This document shows, piece after piece, positions 39,197-48,423 of a DNA stretch of 64,000 bases. The number at the start of each line of letters is the position of its first letter. Within the stretch, counting starts at the first letter, position 1. The position numbers and the translations under genes are program-made. The notes below the pieces were generated by a model. It was not told where the DNA came from. It saw only the letters and a program-made list of their open reading frames with translations, and did not search any database. Origin of the DNA: a virus (lineage: Duplodnaviria; Caudoviricetes); IMG/VR virus record IMGVR_UViG_3300023060_000001, positions 1-64,000 of that record, one strand, 5' to 3'.

Positions 39197-40039
39197 TTAA
39201 ACTTCTTCCCATTCATCACCCGTGTAGCCAATCATAGTTGCTGATACATTCCCTACTGTTGGTAATTGCGTTGCTCCTTGAGCTTTGTTTGTTAGTGGGA
39301 TGGAGTGGGTTAGAATGCCGTTAACCTCTATGGATATACTTCCAATATAGCCATCTAGGTATAAAGATTCAATCCTAGCCCCCAAGGTTGTTAAGTTTAC
39401 AGAACCTAAACCCCCAACTGTTTTTGTATTCATGTTTTCAGTGCTGACTTCACTTATAGATAATTGACCACCTGAAAACTCTATTAGTAACTCAACATCT
39501 CTGCCAACAACAGGTAACTGTGTGGGTACAAAAACCCCATCTTCAGGCTCAAAAACAGCCTTACCATCCCCTCTTACAAATATAAATGGTCTAGTTGTCG
39601 AGCTTGCAGCAATCATTGAGCTGTCAGTTTCGACGTAAAATGATGTTCGTATTTTAAAATCTGTATTTGCAGGTATTGTAATCCCATCCCCACTCAACTG
39701 CCAATACTGGTCCGTGCCATTAAGCCTAGCCACATAATTAACTTCTTCGACAGCAGGATAAACTCCCACCTTCCCTTCACTTTCAAAATTATCAGTATTC
39801 AACCTAAGCCACACTTCTTCGCTACCTGCTCTCACTTGATAAATGGAAGATGCATTTTTAACACTCTTCATCACCCTACCATTATCATCTGTTGCAGAAG
39901 GTTTACCCTCTTTCCTCTGCACTATTACAGCAGAAGCACACTTAGTTTGAAGCTCAAGTGCTGTACCTACAGGAACACCTGCTACCTCATTCACAGAAAC
40001 AAAATCTTCCCCTGTTACTGTTATATCCGTAGGGGTCAT
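39197..40039 (-). CDS. putative virion decoration protein with a LamG-like C-domain
   Basis: LNGTDQY...LGAR....L.G.I pattern. Confidence 0.6.
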   Translation of the reverse strand: MTPTDITVTGEDFVSVNEVAGVPVGTALELQTKCASAVIVQRKEGKPSATDDNGRVMKSVKNASSIYQVRAGSEEVWLRLNTDNFESEGKVGVYPAVEEVNYVARLNGTDQYWQLSGDGITIPANTDFKIRTSFYVETDSSMIAASSTTRPFIFVRGDGKAVFEPEDGVFVPTQLPVVGRDVELLIEFSGGQLSISEVSTENMNTKTVGGLGSVNLTTLGARIESLYLDGYIGSISIEVNGILTHSIPLTNKAQGATQLPTVGNVSATMIGYTGDEWEEV

Positions 40040-40123
40040 AAATAACTCCTTATAAAATTCTTTATTGTTGACACCAAGGTCATTTTATTGTTAAAATACC
40101 CTTTTTAAAATTAAGGAGTATTT

Positions 40124-40471
40124 ATGCGATTTGATATTGATAATTGTGGATTCACTTTCGACAAGACTATTCAAGTATCTAAAGGAGAGAAAACTTTCCC
40201 ATTTGTTACTTTAATGAAAGTGGACGATGTTTGCTTTATAGTTAACCATTCTAAACAGAAATTACCTTTTAAAAAGGAACTACTATCTGATAGTGGATAT
40301 AATCCTGAAAGAGGGTATTCTTGGCAATACACACCTTCAAACGATTATAATATTATCAGCGAAGGTATCACCCGTTTACAATGTAACCCTTGTTCAGGAA
40401 TTATAAGCTTTAGCTATTTGCTAGGTTATTGTGAGGCAAAGGGTGTCGATTTAACAGATTACTTAGATTAA
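40124..40471 (+). CDS. moron-like hypothetical protein
   Basis: Antisense to the structural operon; own TTGACA..TAAAAT promoter, AAGGAG RBS and terminator. Confidence 0.7.
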   Translation: MRFDIDNCGFTFDKTIQVSKGEKTFPFVTLMKVDDVCFIVNHSKQKLPFKKELLSDSGYNPERGYSWQYTPSNDYNIISEGITRLQCNPCSGIISFSYLLGYCEAKGVDLTDYLD

Positions 40472-40515
40472 AAACAAAAAGACCGCCTAAGAGAGAATGT
40501 CCCTTGGCGGTCTTT
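40472..40515. terminator. bidirectional terminator
   Basis: aaagaccgcc.aag...cttggcggtcttt between convergent genes. Confidence 0.75.
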
Positions 40516-40537
40516 AAACTCTTAACTTTTAATTATA

Positions 40538-41023
40538 TTAAGCTGAGTATTCATCTTTAAACTTTTTCTTCATGTTATCAAGTTTAGCATTTTTAGCTAA
40601 TGTCACTTTGAAAGATTCAGCATAATCTGCTAATTCATCTTTACTTTTCATAGCATCAACTTTTTCCCAATCAGGAGTATCCACTTCTAAAGTGATTAAC
40701 TCTTCTGATGGCTCATCTAGTTCAACAATGTCATCTTCTACAACAGTTTCTTTTTCTGAAACAGTGTTTTTGAAGAATAACATGATTGCAACTTGACCTT
40801 TGATACGAGAAGCCACTTCATCAAGTTGTACTTCTTCTGGTAAAAAGGTGTTTAACTTTTCACACATGATTCGCATATTAGGGCAATGGTAGAAATCTTT
40901 TCCTACAAAGAATGAGAATCGTGAGCTAGTGATACTCTTGTTGAAATCTAAATCTTCGATGTAAAATTGTAACCATTTGTAGAAAAGTTTCTTTGATTTA
41001 AAAAGTTTGTATTGTTCTTTCAT
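40538..41023 (-). CDS. hypothetical protein with a HeH/Rho-N-like C-terminus
   Basis: K.EL..YA...V.L..N.K...M motif; likely start is MKEQ. Confidence 0.6.
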   Translation of the reverse strand: MKEQYKLFKSKKLFYKWLQFYIEDLDFNKSITSSRFSFFVGKDFYHCPNMRIMCEKLNTFLPEEVQLDEVASRIKGQVAIMLFFKNTVSEKETVVEDDIVELDEPSEELITLEVDTPDWEKVDAMKSKDELADYAESFKVTLAKNAKLDNMKKKFKDEYSA

Positions 41024-41052
41024 TTTGTTTCCTCTCTGGGGATAGTTGTAAG

Positions 41053-42498
41053 TCACATTCCGTGTAATGACTTTTGGTATTCTTGTTGTAAGATATCCTT
41101 TATCTTATTGTAATCTGTGTGACTGTAACATTCTGTCCAACCATCACTGAATTTTTCTCTGTCAACTGTAACTCTATCGAACAAGGGTTTCAACAAAGCT
41201 TCAATTGCAGGAGGAGTTTCTCCATTTTCGAAATGATACTCGTCTAGAATAACACCTTCGTAATCTGTACTATTTCTACTTTGATTTTCTAATCGGGTAA
41301 TAGCACCAAGATTGGTTATACCTACTTTTAGAAAACTGGGTTCACCTGTTAAAGTGTTCAACCACATAGAAATGTAAATACTTCCTGCAAGGTGAGATTT
41401 GTAACCATTAGCTTTGCAACAAGGGCAACCTTTACCTAGTCTTACGTTACTATAAGCAATAGGAAATGGTTTATTAGTAACAGGACAAATAAAATCTATA
41501 GGGGTGTTTGACCCAACATAGTCTCCGATCCTTTTGTAAAGTATACCTTTTGCTTTTAATTCAGCATCCACTTCTTCATTGGTCAATCTTTGCCTTTCAC
41601 CAGAAAGTTTAAAACTACATTTTGAACAGAAGTGCCTCTTTAGATGGAGATTTGCTGTACCCATAGGAACAAGACCGTGTTCTTCACAAAACACTTTAAC
41701 AGATTTATTATGGTAATCTTCTTGAGTTATATGTTCTGTAGGGTAGCCTAAATCTTCCACTCTAGATAGGAACTCTTTATAAAACCTTTCTTTTGTTTTG
41801 GACTTTTTGATACACCCACAAGAGGATTTATGTATCTGAGTGGCTTCTTTTATAAAGTAAATCTTATTTTTACACTTGCATTCCACAAAGTAACCTTCCA
41901 CCCCTTCTCTAGATAAACCTCTACCTAAGATTAAATTTCCATTTACCAAATCTCCAGAATAATATTTTAAACGCCTACCTTCTTCAGGTAAAAATTCTAT
42001 ATCTTCTAATTGATAAAACCTATCTACTCTTGTGTGGTCTCTTTCTTTAAAGGTTTTTAATCTTTGCTTTTGGGCACAAACTTGGCATCCATTACCGTGT
42101 TGGTGGTGATCTGCTACAATAGGGAAATAATCTTTACATGCATTACAAAACACTTGAATAGTATCTCTTACACCGTTTAAAGATGTAACTTTATTATAAT
42201 TATACTTATCGCCGTGGAGGGATTTACATTTGTGGATAAAGTATTCTACTTTTAAAAGTCTTTTGTTTACTCGTCTAGCTTCGTTACACTGCCTACAAGG
42301 AGTGACAGCTTTAGAAAATATATCTTTATACCCTACGGTATTTACCACTCCATGAGTTTGGCAAGTGACTTGTAGCTTTTTGTCAAGCCATTTATAAATA
42401 TCCATATTGTACAGAGGGTACTCTGGGAAAGCATTTTCATACTTTTGTAAAAACTTCTTGTATCTGGTAGGGTGATTGTGTAATAATTCTCTCTTCAA
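41053..42498 (-). CDS. free-standing homing endonuclease-like protein (Zn repeats plus GIY-YIG-like C-terminus)
   Basis: Repeated C..HG and GC..C units; G.IY...LKVGIT...RL...E..G.TEC; TTG start. Confidence 0.75.
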   Translation of the reverse strand: MKRELLHNHPTRYKKFLQKYENAFPEYPLYNMDIYKWLDKKLQVTCQTHGVVNTVGYKDIFSKAVTPCRQCNEARRVNKRLLKVEYFIHKCKSLHGDKYNYNKVTSLNGVRDTIQVFCNACKDYFPIVADHHQHGNGCQVCAQKQRLKTFKERDHTRVDRFYQLEDIEFLPEEGRRLKYYSGDLVNGNLILGRGLSREGVEGYFVECKCKNKIYFIKEATQIHKSSCGCIKKSKTKERFYKEFLSRVEDLGYPTEHITQEDYHNKSVKVFCEEHGLVPMGTANLHLKRHFCSKCSFKLSGERQRLTNEEVDAELKAKGILYKRIGDYVGSNTPIDFICPVTNKPFPIAYSNVRLGKGCPCCKANGYKSHLAGSIYISMWLNTLTGEPSFLKVGITNLGAITRLENQSRNSTDYEGVILDEYHFENGETPPAIEALLKPLFDRVTVDREKFSDGWTECYSHTDYNKIKDILQQEYQKSLHGM

Positions 42499-42553
42499 AA
42501 CTTAGATTCTCCTTTTAGTAATACACTTTTAATCTTATATAGTATACTATTAA

Positions 42554-42581
42554 AAGGAGAAGCACAAGGCTTCTCTCTTTA
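42554..42581 (-). terminator. terminator after the major capsid gene
   Basis: gagaagc-cttgt-gcttctc followed by a U-tract. Confidence 0.65.
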
Positions 42582-42612
42582 AAAATGTTTAATCGATTTT
42601 TTCAATCGTTTA

Positions 42613-43653
42613 TTAAACTGTGAACGAATATCTTGCGATTAACTGATCTTGTGTCACACAGGCTACTAGTGACGATTCCGATTCTATCACTTCTTTACGC
42701 TCATCACCTTTAATGAAAAGGTAACCATCTGAGATAGCTTCTTCACGATTTGCGCCAGCAATAGTATCTGAATGACCGTATACTAGTTTAAACATGTCAT
42801 CCATGCCGCGAGGGAAGATATAACCCTTGTTAGCTTCAACTTCACCACTTACGTCTTCAAGGTAAGTGATACCCTGCCAGCGAAGAACACGACCCGTAGA
42901 AAGACCACCTAAACGTTGACGTAAAGGCTCTTCTTGTGATGCGTAGTTAGCAAATGCTTCAACGTAATCAGTGTGGTTCTTAAGTGCTGTGAAAGCATCA
43001 GTACCAAGGATAGCTACGATTTCATAGTTATCACCTAAATCACCAGCTTTAGCAAATACATGCTTACGAACTTTTTCAAATTCATCTGCTGGGTTACTTG
43101 CTTGATCAGTTAAGTCGTAAGTTGCTGTACCACCTGCTGTACCATTATACATATCAGCATTTGGAATTTCAAACATTGACTGGAATGAACGTTGTAAGTT
43201 AGGACGAGGGTTGCCATTTGCATCTACTGCATAAGTAGAACCTTTAAGTGCTTGGTACATAACTTTCTGGTGAAGTTTAGCATGAGACTTTTGGATACGT
43301 GCGATAACACGAGCAGCTTTTGAGCGAACTGTTTCAGGATCTTGTGCTGTAGCAAACTCACGAAGAGATTGTACATCTTTTGGCTTGATAATTTTATCTA
43401 ATGTGAAGAATGGTAATTCAACCCACGCTGTACGCGCTTCATCTTCACCAGCTACTTGACGGTCTGCACCACGAGCAACTGAATACATGTTATCCATACC
43501 AGAAACGATACGTTCAAATGCAACAACACTCTCATCAGAATATTCTACATCGAATAAATCCATCTTCTCAAGCATGTTCTCAACACGTGGTACAAGTGTC
43601 ATTAGCGGTGTAAAGTTCTGTAAACCTTGATCACCTAAGCGTAAATCTGCCAT
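42613..43653 (-). CDS. major capsid protein (lambda gpE-like)
   Basis: 346 aa, strong codon bias, after protease and decoration genes; P.F.....I...DVQ..R motif. Confidence 0.88.
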   Translation of the reverse strand: MADLRLGDQGLQNFTPLMTLVPRVENMLEKMDLFDVEYSDESVVAFERIVSGMDNMYSVARGADRQVAGEDEARTAWVELPFFTLDKIIKPKDVQSLREFATAQDPETVRSKAARVIARIQKSHAKLHQKVMYQALKGSTYAVDANGNPRPNLQRSFQSMFEIPNADMYNGTAGGTATYDLTDQASNPADEFEKVRKHVFAKAGDLGDNYEIVAILGTDAFTALKNHTDYVEAFANYASQEEPLRQRLGGLSTGRVLRWQGITYLEDVSGEVEANKGYIFPRGMDDMFKLVYGHSDTIAGANREEAISDGYLFIKGDERKEVIESESSLVACVTQDQLIARYSFTV

Positions 43654-43686
43654 TATATTTTTCCTTTTATTCTTATTATTTGAGGA

Positions 43687-44052
43687 TTAAGCTGAAACTT
43701 CTTGAGAAGCTTGAGTCTTTTTACCGAAAGTTGTAAGTTGAGTACCAGTTAGTGGAGTAGAACCTAGTTTAAGTTCTTCAGCGCGGAAGATAACCCAATC
43801 AAGTTCAGCAACAGCACGAATTGTAGCTTCGTCACCAGTAGCAACAGCGTCAATTAAATGATCATCAATTACATAAGCAACAGCAGATGCAAGGTCAGCT
43901 TCTACAGCTTCTGTGAAGTCAGCTTTAAGCAAAGTACCATTTGTCATAGTTGCAGTTTTAGTAACTTGCAGAGTAGTGTTGATCATTGCATCGCCAGTAC
44001 CTTCACCTTGAAGAGCACGTAATACAACTTGGTTACGAGATAATGTAGCCAT
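43687..44052 (-). CDS. head decoration protein
   Basis: Between protease and capsid; same RBS leader as the capsid gene (aataaaggaaaaatataatggc). Confidence 0.75.
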   Translation of the reverse strand: MATLSRNQVVLRALQGEGTGDAMINTTLQVTKTATMTNGTLLKADFTEAVEADLASAVAYVIDDHLIDAVATGDEATIRAVAELDWVIFRAEELKLGSTPLTGTQLTTFGKKTQASQEVSA

Positions 44053-44099
44053 TATATTTTTCCTTTATTTATAATTATTATGTTCTGCTAATGCAGGGA

Positions 44100-45557
44100 T
44101 TACTTGTTAGCGTTTAACTTTTTAAGGTTAATTGCTAGTTGCTCTTCGATACTTAATGATGTAGTATCTGTTTGAGGTAATGCTTCTTCAGTAGTTTGAG
44201 GAGCAGCACCAAATTCTTCTTGAATAGTATTCATTTCAGCTTTAAGTGATTCTTCTTTAGCTGAGAACTCTGATTGAGCGGTAGCAAGTGCAGAAGTAGC
44301 TTCTTCAACTTTACCAGTTAACTCATTAACAGCCATATCAGCAGAAGCGATAACAGTGTTTAAAAGCTCTTTATATGTACCAGATACTTCATCAGAAAGT
44401 AATACTGACACTAAAGACTCTTTACAATCAGCAGCCCATGCGCTAGAATCTAATTTAGCTTCAAGTGCTTCTTTTGCAGCAAGTGCTTCTTTAGCTTTAT
44501 AATTTGCCAATTCTGTAGAAGCTTGTTCTTTTTCTGCTTCAAGAGCGGCTAGTTTTGTTTGAAGTGTTTCAAGTTCTTGAAGTTGAGCTAACTGTGCAGC
44601 ATCAACACTAGAAGCTTGCTCTGTGTTCTTCGACATTAAGATTTCCTCATCAGTCTTAGTTAATTTTGCAGCTACTTGTGTAGTGCCTTGTGTTTGCTCA
44701 TAAGGGGCAGAATAGCCACCTAGGTAAGCTTGGAATTCATCTTCTTCCATGACTTTATCGATTAAACCTAGTTGTAAAGCTTTTTCTGCTTTGAACATTC
44801 TGGCTTGAGTATCACGGACAGTTTGAACAGGGATGTTACGCATATTAGCTACGTGGTTGGTAAACTTGATGTAAAGGTCATCTACACTTTCCTGCAAGTC
44901 TTCTAAGAAACCTTTACGGAAGCTACCATCATCTTCAAATGGAACCTTTTCGCTACCAGCAGTAATGAATGTACGTTCAATACCTTCTTTCTCAAGTTGC
45001 TTACTGTTATTAGCAAGAGAAATAACCACACCAATTGAACCAGCTTCTGATTCTGGATTAGCAATCAACTCGTGACAAGCTGCAGCCAAACCCATACCAG
45101 CGGACGCTGCCATACCATCAATATAACCTATTAAACGAATTTTATTATCGTCTGCAATCTTACGTAATTGGTTTGCAGTGAAAATCATTCGGTATGCCTG
45201 ACCGCCACCGCTGTCTAGTTTCATCAATACTGTTTTAACACCCTCGTCTGCAAACTCTTGCATTTGAGAAAGTAAACTTGTGTAACTACAACCACCACAT
45301 AAAGCTTCAAAACCATTTGGTTTATAAGTTGTCGGACCTTCTACTCGAAGAATACCAATATCTTCCGAAATGTTTAGATACTCTTTACCTTCATTGAAAT
45401 CCTCTGATAAAAGAAGTTCTTCTTTATACGTATTAAGGTTTTCTCTGTTTTCAAGAACTTCTGATATTTCTCGGAATTTAGATTCTAATATGAGTTGAGG
45501 TTTTTCTAGGATTGATTTACTAAAGCGGGGGAGTTGATGAGCTTTCTTTTTAGCCAT
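44100..45557 (-). CDS. S49 prohead protease with C-terminal scaffold
   Basis: DSGGG, AASA, GSIGV, GLID motifs; coiled-coil tail. Confidence 0.92.
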   Translation of the reverse strand: MAKKKAHQLPRFSKSILEKPQLILESKFREISEVLENRENLNTYKEELLLSEDFNEGKEYLNISEDIGILRVEGPTTYKPNGFEALCGGCSYTSLLSQMQEFADEGVKTVLMKLDSGGGQAYRMIFTANQLRKIADDNKIRLIGYIDGMAASAGMGLAAACHELIANPESEAGSIGVVISLANNSKQLEKEGIERTFITAGSEKVPFEDDGSFRKGFLEDLQESVDDLYIKFTNHVANMRNIPVQTVRDTQARMFKAEKALQLGLIDKVMEEDEFQAYLGGYSAPYEQTQGTTQVAAKLTKTDEEILMSKNTEQASSVDAAQLAQLQELETLQTKLAALEAEKEQASTELANYKAKEALAAKEALEAKLDSSAWAADCKESLVSVLLSDEVSGTYKELLNTVIASADMAVNELTGKVEEATSALATAQSEFSAKEESLKAEMNTIQEEFGAAPQTTEEALPQTDTTSLSIEEQLAINLKKLNANK

Positions 45558-45672
45558 TACTCTTCCTTTTTATTATTAGTGGAGACAAAGCAATTAATAA
45601 GAATTAATCCACTCTATCTCCTTTATTGTTACATTATAACATAGCATTGCAAATAACACAACACTTAACATA

Positions 45673-48278
45673 TTACGCCGCATTTTCATTGTTAACATCT
45701 GAGTTATCTTGTGAATTACCCCCAGATCCTGATGTACCACCATTATCTTCTCCTTGCTTATCCTGTATGTCGAAAAGCATCTCTCTTAACTCTTCTACAG
45801 GTGTATCAATTGGAACACGGTAATCAACGTCCATCATATCGAGAACATAGTTTATAACGTCTGGATGTGCTGGAAGTATACTCTTTGTACGTGAAACAAG
45901 CTTACCTGCCTCATCAGCAGAAATCTTCTGAACATTACCCGCTTTCCACTTAGGCATGTCCGAAGCTTTATAATCCCAGTTGTTAAGTTTCATCAACTTA
46001 GGGAAAATCTGCTTATTCCACATATCATCTATGATCATAGTATCTAGTTCAACAAAGTGTGCTTGGATGGAAGATTGACCTTCTAAAAGGTTGTAACTTC
46101 CGCCACCGTTTTCACCTGACAACATATTCTGACATGCGAAACAGTTGTAGATTGCACGTTTACGTTGCTCAACTAATTCTACTATATCGAAATTTTTACC
46201 CTTAGATCTTCAATAACTGACGCAACTCAATTACCCGTCTTTTTAAGACTGCTCTATATCTCTATAGAAGTTGGGACTATATCTTCACCCTATTTCATAG
46301 GGGCTTACCATTTCCACAACCATCAGCTTGTTGTGTACTCCCTTTCGGGATAGTCTCTGAAGGTTTAACTACAAATTAAAAATAAAGATCGGAAATATCT
46401 TTGTAAGAAGTTTTCCTTCTTATATTTTTAATTAAAATTTTGTTTACTTTATCACTTTCTAAGGAAGATATTATTTCAGAAGAAGATTTACCTTCTGAAA
46501 TTAGCTTGCAAACTTCGTGAAGAATATCGTCAGGAACTTTCCTTCTTTCAAATTTCTTCATATTATACTGAGAAGTTATTTCAACCCTCTGCTTACCTGC
46601 TTTAATATTCTTCACGTAACCCTTAGAGATATCATACTTATTAGCTACATCTACATTTCTCATACCTTCTTGAAGGTCTTTACATATAGAGTGCATGGTT
46701 TCGTCTGGTATAGTAGATAGGTTTGAATCTTCCCCAAAAACTCCGTTAAATACTAGTCTGCCGTTAATAGCAGCCTGTTTAGAGTTATGAGAATAAGTAC
46801 ACCATTCTAGGTTATCCACATCATTGTTAAGTTTATCATGGTCTATGTGGTTTATTACAGGAAGATTATCTGGATTGGTTAACCAAATAAAACCTACTAA
46901 CCTATGGACTAAAACTATCTTATTAGTGGTAGTGTTTCTAAAGGCTTTGTACCCATGTGTTCCTATGTGAACTTTAACTATCTTACCTGTTTCAAGGTTT
47001 TTAATAAAAGACCCATCTCTATTGCAAGCGTAAGGGTATTGTTCTTCATTAGTTCTTAAAGTATTCAAAATTTTTCCTCTTTAGTTGTTCACCAGAGGAA
47101 GAGTAGTTACTTCCCTGCTGATTGTCTCTATGTTGATTATTTTTACAGGTCGCCATCATATCACTATATGGTATTGTAAATCAACCCTTGCGAGAGTTCC
47201 CAGCAATTAAATAAGTACTTTGCATATATTACTATATACAGAGGCAGTGTAATTTACCTCCTTCAATCCCTAAGAATTGAAGTTTAAACTGTGCAGCACC
47301 AGAACCATTTTCAGAATGCGTATCTGTTGGAAGAACGCAATAACTTTGATCACCAGCATGTAAGTTAGCAAGGTTATCTTTTAATTGTTCAACCATTCGA
47401 GCTTCTGGTCCAGTTGGATTATCAGATGCCGCAGCTAACAATGAACTTGGAGCACCAAGAACAGGCATACCAGCCATATCCTTCTGAACACCAATCAATG
47501 TTAAATCTTGTAAAAGTTGTTTTTCTTTCCAAGGGATGTAAGCTGAATCAAATACTGAAATGCCAGCAGGTTGTGTTGGAGTAGATGAATATGAACAATA
47601 AGCCACTCGGTTAAATGGTATAGTTTGTACGCCAGAGTTCCCCTTGAATCCATTGAATCCTATTGAACGAACACCATCCACACCTTCAAAAGCGGATTGC
47701 GATTGATTCAAAGAGGTTATTCTATCTCCCTTAGGTGTAGTTGCCCAAGGAGTGATCTTATCTAAAGTGAGAGGATGAATATAAGCAAGTTTTTTAAGCT
47801 TCCATTTATCATTCCATTCTGCATCACCATTTTCAAACACCATCTCAAAAGGAGACCATCCATCACGGATCATTGCAGCAGAGCACATACCTACTACTAA
47901 AGGAGTTTGTCCAAATAGGTTTTCCATGTTATATTCAAGGAACTCTTTGATGCGAAGTGATTCTTCCGAGTTTACATCATATTTGAATTTACCTTTAGCT
48001 TGAGCTTTTGCAACAGCCATACTTCTTGCAGAAAAACAAGTAGCGATTGCATCATCGTTTAACATTTGTTGGTAAGTGGTTAGTCGTTGCGTTCGACTGA
48101 GTTCCCAAGGTTTAAGGATATCAATTTGACGCTTGACAAACTCTATTGCTGCAGTGGATAATTGTTTATTAGCGGAACGTTGTTCCCTTGTGGTGCTAGG
48201 AGGGGAATTATCACTTTTCGCCATTCTAGTGTTTGCGTAGGATTGTTTCTTTCTACTACGCCTACTCTTTTTAGCCAT
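45673..48278 (-). CDS. portal protein; spliced exons 48278-47256 and 46200-45673 (516 aa)
   Basis: Between terminase and protease; the splice gives FLGIEGG|GKNFDIVELVEQRKRAI...GSYNL.EGQ. Confidence 0.9.
46201..47255 (-). mobile_element. group I intron in the portal gene (1055 nt, encodes HNH)
   Basis: P1 GAGGU/GCCUC; P7 elements CAGAGACUA and AAGAUAUAGUCC; terminal G. Confidence 0.92.
46376..47068 (-). CDS. intron-encoded HNH endonuclease with HTH repeats
   Basis: VHRLV...NP.NLP.INHIDHDKLNN.V.NLEWCT..HN. Confidence 0.9.
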   Translation of the reverse strand: MNTLRTNEEQYPYACNRDGSFIKNLETGKIVKVHIGTHGYKAFRNTTTNKIVLVHRLVGFIWLTNPDNLPVINHIDHDKLNNDVDNLEWCTYSHNSKQAAINGRLVFNGVFGEDSNLSTIPDETMHSICKDLQEGMRNVDVANKYDISKGYVKNIKAGKQRVEITSQYNMKKFERRKVPDDILHEVCKLISEGKSSSEIISSLESDKVNKILIKNIRRKTSYKDISDLYF

Positions 48279-48423
48279 GTTTACTCCTGTTGGAAAAGGA
48301 GAACATTTCTCCTAAATGTAGATGTTTCCGCAATGTTATATTATTACGGAAACTTTATTAATTCTTGTTATAAGAGATATTATAACACAAGGGGATTATT
48401 TTGGCAACAGAACCCACTTCCCG

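Noticed and set aside
45673-46125. Independent 150-aa gene
   Set aside because: It is part of portal exon 2, whose frame is open from 46200
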